The notes under the pieces were generated by a model. That model was given only the letters and a program-made list of their open reading frames with translations, did not search any database and was not told where the DNA came from. A stretch of DNA of 64,000 bases, taken from assembly GCA_043228905.1 (NCBI GenBank), contig JBHGNT010000013.1, positions 11,842,001 to 11,906,000 of the forward strand, written 5' to 3'. Source of the stretch: Azolla caroliniana (taxonomy: Eukaryota; Plantae; Polypodiophyta). The translations under genes were made by a program, and so were the position numbers. Shown piece after piece: positions 56,546-64,000 of this stretch; positions within the stretch are counted from its first letter, which is position 1, and every line of letters starts with the position of its first letter.

Positions 56546-59500
56546 TGTAGAAAGTAGCGTGCGGAAGCAAGTATGAAGACCGAACAGAAGAGAGGAAACT
56601 CAGGTTTAATGGAGAGCTTGGGCTTACGCAGTATACGCGGGAGAGACACAGAGAGAAAGACAAAAAACTATATTTCACAATAATACTCAATCTCTCTGTA
56701 CATAAGACGTGCTCAGTGAGCACTTTTATACAAGTCCTAAAAGGACTGACCGAAGTACTGACAGTACTTCAATGCTCATCGAGAGCCCCTACACTAACTC
56801 CCAAATATATTCCTCACGGAATATCTTTCCTAACGATCTAACCGATCGTTCCCAACCGATCCGGTCCTCGGCTTCTTCAGCCGATCCGGCCGATGTTGAG
56901 CTTGTCTCTCAACACTCCCCCTCAAGCTCAACTTGAGGCTCTTCGGGATCCTCGGGCTCACGGCTCCGGTTCCTCCTGGCTTCACGCCTCGCTCGCGCTC
57001 CTCGACCTGTTCATCTCCGCACGCTTCGACCCTTCCGGTCGGCTTGTATGCTTATGCGGCCTTTATCACCTCTTCTGCTGTTGCGGTGTCGATGCTTCTC
57101 CTGCTGCCTTTTCTTCCGCTTGGGCCTTGGTTGATTTAGCGTATCTAAATCAAACATCCGAACAGACTCGGTTACCTCCGATCGGTTTTCGCTCTCGTTC
57201 GAGTTGGTTGTCTCCAACTCGTCTTCGGTCTTCTCGCCCTCGATGGCGTCATCTCCCCTATCCGTGGTTGGCTTCGGCTCTTTCCTTCGGCTGCTCCCCT
57301 TCTGTCCGCTTCCCAACTTTTCCGTGGGTCCGCCCTCGGCTTCTTCAGCCAATCCAAAGTCGAACTTGTCAACCGACTCGGTGTCGTGGTCTCCACTCCT
57401 TTCCTGTTGCCTTGCTTGGTCGCTCGGGACTGTTCTCCCCCTCAAGTTCGACACGTCAAGGTGACGCAATCCGAGCGCACTTGAGAATTGCCGCAACTTG
57501 TCCAGACCAAGAGGCTTGGTGAAGATGTCGGCAGCCTGCCGATCCGTCGGAACGTACTGAAGTTCGACTTCACTGGAAAGGACACGCTCACGGACGAAAT
57601 GGTAATGCACCTCAATGTGCTTGGTCCGTGCGTGGAAAACGGGGTTCTTCGCGAGCTGGATGCTGCTGAGGTTGTCGCAGTAGATCGTCGTTGGATCTGA
57701 CACCTCCTCTTGCAGGTCCTTAAGTAGCCGCTTCAACCATATGGCTTCGCATGTCGCGACAACCGCTCCTCGGTACTCAGCTTCAGTGCTCGATAGTGCA
57801 ATTGTCGGCTGCTTCTTACTGCTCCACGCTATCGCAGCACTCCCGAGAGAGAACGCGTATCCAGATGTGGATCGGCGATCGGCGGCGTCGCCAGCCCAAT
57901 CAACATCGGTGTAGCCGACTAACTGCACGGCTGCACCGGTCCGATATAGCAGTCCTCGGTCCTTAGTGCCGTTGACATACCGAAGTATGCGTTGCACGCA
58001 CTGAAGGTGCTCCTCGGTAGGTCGCGCCATGAACTGACTAATCACCCCAACCAGATAATTGAGGTCGGGTCGGGTGATGGTCAAGTATATGAGGCTTCCG
58101 AAAAATTGTCGGAACCTCGTCGGGTCGCATACCTTTCCCGTATCGGGACGAAGCTTCACGGTTCTATCCAGAGGAGTCGAGACGGACTTACAGTCGGCCA
58201 TCCCAAGCTTGAAGAGCATACTCAGCACGTAATGACGTTGGCTGATCAATATGCCTTCGGGGGTACGGATCACTTTGATCCCGAGGAAGTAATGAAGGTC
58301 CCCCAGATCCTTCATGTCGAACGATGCCGCAAGCTGGAGCTTCACGCGGTCGATTTCACCTAGGTCGGCGCCGGTGATGACCAAGTCATCAACATACAGT
58401 AAAATACTAACCGGTCCGAGTCGACCTTTCCGGATGAACAGGGAAGAGTCCGATTTTGACGTGAAGAAGCCCATCCGACGCAGTTGTTGCGTGATCTTCG
58501 CGTTCCAGGCACGCGAGGCTTGCTTCAGTCCGTAAAGGGACTTCTTCAATCGGCATACTGCCGAGGAGTTCGTTCCGGAGTGAAATCCGGGGGGCTGTAC
58601 CATGTACACCTGTTCCTCAAGGTCACCTTGCAGGAACGCATTCTTTACATCCATCTGATGTAAGTGCCACCCCTTCGCCGCAGCTACTGCCAGCAAAACA
58701 CTGACGGTCGTCATTTTCATGACCGGTGCAAACGTCTCATCGTAGTCGATGCCGTGCTTCTGCGCGTAGCCCTTTGCCACTAGCCGAGCCTTGTACCGGT
58801 TGACCGAGCCATCGGTGTTGTACTTGACCTTGTACACCCATCTACACCCGATCGGCTTTACACCCTTTGGTGCGTCAACTAGGTCCCAAGTCTCGTTCTC
58901 CGCCAATGCGTGCATCTCTTCCTCAATCGCGGCACGCCAATTCACGTCTTTAGCCGCTTCTGCGTAGCTCCCTGGCTCATGCACTTCCGCCACACGGGTC
59001 ATGTACGCATAATGATGCGCCATGTACTCGTTGTATCCGAACCGCACAACTGGGTTCTTTTGGTGGGTAGATCGGTGTAATCTCACATTAGCCGATGTCG
59101 AGGCCTTCTCGGTTGATGCGGTCTTTACCTTTAAGGACCTGTCACCGGTTCCCTCAGAGTCGGACTCGCGTCAGTCTGACTCGTTCCTATCCATGCCGGA
59201 ATCCGACACCTTTTTTCCCTCCTTTCTCTTTGCGTGTAAGCCGTCTCCTCGGCTTCCTACGCGGGGAATGCACGGCCGAGTCTCCACTACTCGCCGGCTC
59301 TTCATCGGACTGGTTGTACCGACTCAGTCGTCCAATCGGTCCGCTTAACCAGATTGAAATCGGACTCTCTTCGTGGGTCTCGATTTCGGGCACATCTGGA
59401 GGCATCTCGGCCTTGCTGAACTCATCGTCAGAACTTGGATTGGACTCGGGGTTCAGAGTCGGGGGCTTGTACCAGGACGCGGACTCGTCAACCACAACGT

Positions 59501-62177
59501 CGCGGCTAACACGCGCTTGTTTGGTGCGAGGGTTATAGCACTTATAACCCTTCTGCTCGTCCGAGTAACCGACCAAGATGCATTTCTCGGCCTTTGCGTC
59601 CAGCTTCCTCCTTTTCTCCTTCGGTACATGCACATACGCAATGCTACCGAACACCGTCAAGTGTCGTAAGTTCGGCTTCGTTCCGAAATATAGCTCGTGC
59701 GCGGACACTTTGTCTCCAATCCGGTTCTGGATGTATACCGCGGTCCTTACCGCCTCGGCCCAGTAGAACTTGGGCAAGCTCTTCTCCTCTAGCATTGCCC
59801 GTGCCGCTTCCACAATCGACCGATTCCTCCTCTCGGCCACGCCGTTCTGCTCTAGCGTGTATCTACAACTGAATTCGCGCCGAATTCCCATTTGTTGTAG
59901 ATAACCGTTGAATTGGCCGGAAAAGTACTCTTTCCCGCCATCCGACCTCAGGCACTTGATCTTTCTTCCCGTTTCGGCTTCCACGAACTCCTTGAGGTCC
60001 CGGAAACAGTCGAAGACTTTGCTCTTCCTCTCAATGAGGTAGATCCACGTGTGCCGCGTGTGGTCGTCGATGAAGGAGACGAAATATCGACTCCCGCCAA
60101 GACTAACGTTTTGTGCCAGTCCCCACACATCCGACTGTATAAGGTCGAGCTTGTTCTGGCTCCGGTTTCGCTCATTGGGGAAGGGAAGTCGGTGTTGCTG
60201 CCCGAGCTGGCAGGCTTCACAAATTTGTGCCTTTTGGCCACTAAACTTGGGCAAACCGAACACTACTTATTTCGTTTGTAGATCTTGAAGCCGCTGGTAG
60301 TTGACGTGGCCTATCCGCTTGTGCCACAAGTCGATGTCCGACTCGGTCTTTTGTCCCTTCGCGAACATTGTGGTGCCGCCGTAAGTGGAGTCGAGGATGA
60401 ACATCCTCCCTTCTCTGCGCCCTTGTGCAATCACACGGCCTTCTTCCTCAATGAAGCACTCGAGGTGTGTAAACCGAACCTCCATCCCTTGGTCGACGAT
60501 CTGTCCGACCGAGACCAAGTTTTTCGTGATTGTCGGGACGTGCAACACGTTCATGAGTTTCCCTTTTTGCCCGACATGGCTAAGGGGAACTTCTCCGACA
60601 TTTGCGATCGGATGCGGAGTGTCGTCTCCTGTTGCGACTACTCCAGGTTGTATCGGTTTTTCAAGGTACGAGAACCACTCCTTATGGCTCGTCATGTGGT
60701 TTGACGTGCCGGAGTCTACGTACCACACCTCGTCCGATCTCGGGGTGCTCTGTTTCATTGAGTTTGCTTCGTGTCTCGTCACGAAGACAGACCCTTCTCC
60801 AGCTCTCCCGGAGTCTTCAGCGTAGTGCGATCGCTGCCGATTTCCCTTGTCGGTATGTCTGGAGCCGTTCCCGGAACTAGTTCTCTCCGAATCGGCGCGC
60901 TTCTTCCAGCACTCGCTTTCCCTGTGGTCTTTCTTGCGACAATACCAGCACTCCGCGATGGACTTCCCTTGCTGGTTCTCATCGCTTCGACTCCCCCTGT
61001 TTCCGGAGGGTCCGGAGTTGCTGTCGGCATCACTTCGGTGCCTTCTTTCTTGATCTCGTCGGCCACCTCCATTGCGTGCCGACTCGCCTCGTCCTCCACG
61101 TCCACGGGGCCTATCTCCCTCCGTATACAACATTCTACTGTCGGTGTGCGTGCTTGTAGACGCACCCGCGTGGTTCTCCTCTACCAGGAGCATCGACTGT
61201 AAGTTGAAAAAGGACGGCGTATTCTCCCGGGTACACACAGCCGTTCGGAACGCTCCGAACTTCGACGCCAAACCTCCGAGATAGATCTGGACCATCTCGC
61301 TCTCCTCGATGTTCACCTCTATGGAGGCGAGGGAGTCGCAGATATCCTTTATCTTTGAGGTATAGTCCGCCACCGACAAGTCGCGTTGTCGTAGGTTGCT
61401 CAACTCCTGTCGGAGCTGAAGCTTCCTGGCTGTGGTGCTTGCGGCGAAAATCTTCTTCAGATTTTCCCACGCACCCTTCGGCGTCTTTGCATCCCGAACA
61501 TAGCTCAATAGCTGTTCGCCCACACACGACGCGAAGCAATATAGTACCCTGCTCGCTGATTGCTCCCACGACGGGAAGTCTCTGTGTGACGATTCGTGTG
61601 CCGCGTCATTAGCTCCTTCGACATAACTCTAGTAGCCGTGCCCGAGCAGGTACTGGTGCATCTTGTAAGACCAAGACGCGTAGTTGGTTCTGTCGAGCTT
61701 CTCTGTTGGAAGTGAGCTCGCCATGCCTCTATCCATCGTTCTTCTTGTTCTTCTCCGTCAAGCTGTGTCGGGTGCAGAGAGGTTCTCAATCCTCACACTC
61801 TGATACCATGTAGAAAGTAGCTTGTGGAAGCAAGTATGAAGACCGAACAGAAGAGAGGAAACTCAGGTTTAATGGAGAGCTTGGGCTTATGCAGTATACG
61901 CGGGAGAGACACAGAGAGAAAGACAAAAAACTATATTTCACAATAATACTCAATCTCTGTGTACATAAGACGTGCTCAGTGAGCACTTTTATACAAGTCC
62001 TAAAAGGACTGACCGAAGTACTAACAGTACTTCAATGCTCATCAAGAGCCCCTACACTAACTCCCAAATATATTCCTCACGGAATATCTTTCCTAACGAT
62101 CTAACCGATCGGTCCCAACCGATCCGGTCCTCGGCTTCTTCAGCTGATCCGGCCGATGTTGAGCTTGTCTCTCAACA
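56546..62177 (-). mobile_element. Copia-5: full-length Ty1/Copia inserted into the 3' LTR of Copia-H
   Basis: 369-bp LTRs 56546-56914 and 61809-62177 (about 8 differences); TSD TATCC; PBS TGGTATCAGAGT at 61797-61808; PPT AGCTTGAGGGGGAG. Confidence 0.96.
57011..61724 (-). pseudogene. Copia-5 gag-pol with a few stops or frameshifts
   Basis: ORFs 60267-61523, 59187-60263 and 57011-59086; WYVDSGTS, LRSDGGKEY, LYVDDL, RTKHIEVHYH. Confidence 0.92.
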
Positions 62178-63899
62178 TATCCGTCTAAGTGTGAACTCGT
62201 TAATAAGTTAGGGCTTAGTATATAAGCGAATACCTAACATTGTAATGAGTGACAAGGAACAAGACGATGAGCAGACGATTGTAATCTCTTAGAGAGAAAA
62301 ATGCATTGTGTAGAAATAAGAAGCTTTCCATTAAAGCTCGTATCTGTGTAAATCTATATCTGCCTTCTCTATCTTCTATGTTATGTTGTTTGCTATTCAT
62401 AGCCATAAGGTCCGAACACACACTTCCGCATAACTGTCGACATTAACCAACAAGATGGAGTTCATGACCCTCTCCTCCGGATGACAAGCCATCTTGGGTG
62501 GGACTTTGCTCGTGCAACACTAATTCAAGGAGTCAGGCCAAGGCCTACCATACTTGGGAGTCCCTGCCTACAACCTATTGTGAAGTAGAACCTTCTAGCA
62601 CCCCTTACCTGGCAGAAGGCATCAAACCGCCATTTTGGCTGGTAATGCTTGGCTCGACATTAAGGGGTCTATGAGGCCAAGCCCCCCTTTGGCCCGCGGT
62701 TGTGTTAACCAATGCCATGACACTCTGGCGGCCACCATCGGGTTGTCCTTACCTAACCATATAAACCCCCTGATGGCAGCCTTAATCGCGTGCAAACCTG
62801 AAGGGTCCATAATCCAGCAGGAGACTGAGTGGCACATGGTGGCGAGCATCACTTGGTTTGCAATAAGAACCCTACCAACGAAGGATAGTTTAGACCTGCT
62901 CCATTGGTTCAGCTTCTTGCTTAGTTTCGCTTGCACATAGGATAATTGCGCTCCCTTGGGGATTGCCCTCCCCATCGTAAATCGGAGGTACTTGAATGTT
63001 GTCTCATCAGGGACCCATGCAAAATCAGCATGGGGATGCCACCTTGGCTTCTCTTGTTCGCTGAACCAAACGCCTTGGGTTTTATCCCGGCAGCCTAACA
63101 AAAGTCCTCAACAAGATGTTCAGCTCGCTACAAATTTGCATCATCGCCCTGCAAGAAAAGGACCATATCGTCGGCATATTCAGATAATAGAAGATCCTCA
63201 ATCACATTGGGCATGGGCAATCCCCTCAGTCCGCTGCTTAGTGCTTGTAAGTAGGCAGAGAAAGCCTCGGTTACAAATAGATAGAGTTATGGGGCTAGGG
63301 GACAACCTTGTTGCACTAAGCGATGTAGTTGGAAGACGGGGCCCCTAACACCAGATACCAACACGCTACTGGTAGCAGTCCGATAGAGTGCAGAAGTGCA
63401 ATTCCTCCGTTGTTGGGGAAGGCCCATAGCTCTCATCACTCTTTCCAAAAAGGGCCATAACAACATGTCGTAGGCATTCTCAAAGTCTAACATCCGAATA
63501 GCCGAGCTTGATACGACGCGATCTGCCAATGCCATAACTTCCCGAAGAAGCAGCACATTATCAAAGATACACCTACCCCTGATACACCTGTTTGATTCTC
63601 ATGTATGAAGCCCGATAGGAAGCTTGCTATCCACCTAGCTAGGACCTTTGCGAGTATCTTATATATCGTGTTAAGGATCGTGATTGGACGCCATTGGCAC
63701 AGCTTGAGGCTTCGCCTTGCCGCTTTAGGGATGAGGTAGATAATCCCCTCAGCTGGGTCAGTTGGCATCGCTCCTGAGGTCCAAATCTCCTGAATCCCGA
63801 CTTCCAATGACGAGATAACAGTTTCTCAATGAATCTCACTAAAATCTCGTGAGAGACCATCGGGGTTGGGGCATGCACCTCTCCGCAAATCCTTAAGTG

Positions 63900-64000
63900 T
63901 GTCATGATATGGCAAGACTCGAACCCATGACGTTAGGTTACATAGGTCGAGATCTTGACTATTATACCATCTATTGTAATACATAAGATATTATTTTCAT
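63900..64000 (+). mobile_element. Start of another Gypsy-1 family LTR inserted into the LINE RT (truncated by the window edge)
   Basis: TGTCATGATATGGCAAGACTCGAACCCATGAC matches the LTR starts at 24136 and 29349. Confidence 0.92.

Larger units (their letters stand above)
29803..62452 (+). mobile_element. Copia-H: old Ty1/Copia hosting the nest; coding fragments about 30200-31295, 47744-49775 and 55155-56411
   Basis: 5' LTR 29803-30111; 3' LTR 56508-56545 plus 62183-62452; perfect TSD AGATG; PBS TGGTATAAGAGC at 30114-30125; PPT ACGGGGGAG; WLLDSGA, LRSDNGGEY, LYVDD and KTKHIEVRYH motifs. Confidence 0.93.
18979..63899 (-). mobile_element. Degenerate L1-type LINE, split by insertions into about 18979-19203, 22728-24135, 29792-29802 and 62453-63899
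   Basis: RT motifs WRPITILNTIYKILAK, LDFENAYD, QGCPLAP and YADD at 63.1-63.9 kb; zf-RVT-like CPLC..ETLRHCLW and WYVWNAR at 22.8-24.1 kb; the TSDs of the inserts rejoin the pieces; 3' end tentative (T7 run at 18979). Confidence 0.85.

Overview
Land-plant nuclear DNA, probably a fern or other seed-free plant (inferred from long-L PPR motifs, self-priming chromoviruses and a Trp-primed Ty3-type family). From left to right: a degenerate Ty1/Copia interrupted by stacked LTR termini (1-2311); a decaying tandem array of 13 near-full-length tRNA-Pro(UGG) copies plus 3'-half copies (about 2.3-4.75 kb); two convergent host genes, an intronless PLS-E PPR gene (+) and a 4-exon NT-C2-domain gene (-); a solo LTR; and a roughly 45 kb nest, five levels deep, built inside one L1-type LINE. 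The nest holds four Copia elements (one intact), two complete Tcn1-like chromoviruses plus the start of a third, and three members of a pol-less LTR family with a tRNA-Trp PBS (in two of the three) and 4-bp NCGN target duplications. Highlights: (i) antisense tRNA-like Pol III A/B-box cassettes in the LTRs of three different families; (ii) the pol-less family with CpG-centred target sites, a conserved pre-PPT hairpin and a frame-independent internal repeat; (iii) self-priming elements with an inverted PBS copy immediately upstream of the primer; (iv) the tRNA-Pro full-plus-half satellite. All alignments and counts were done by eye.
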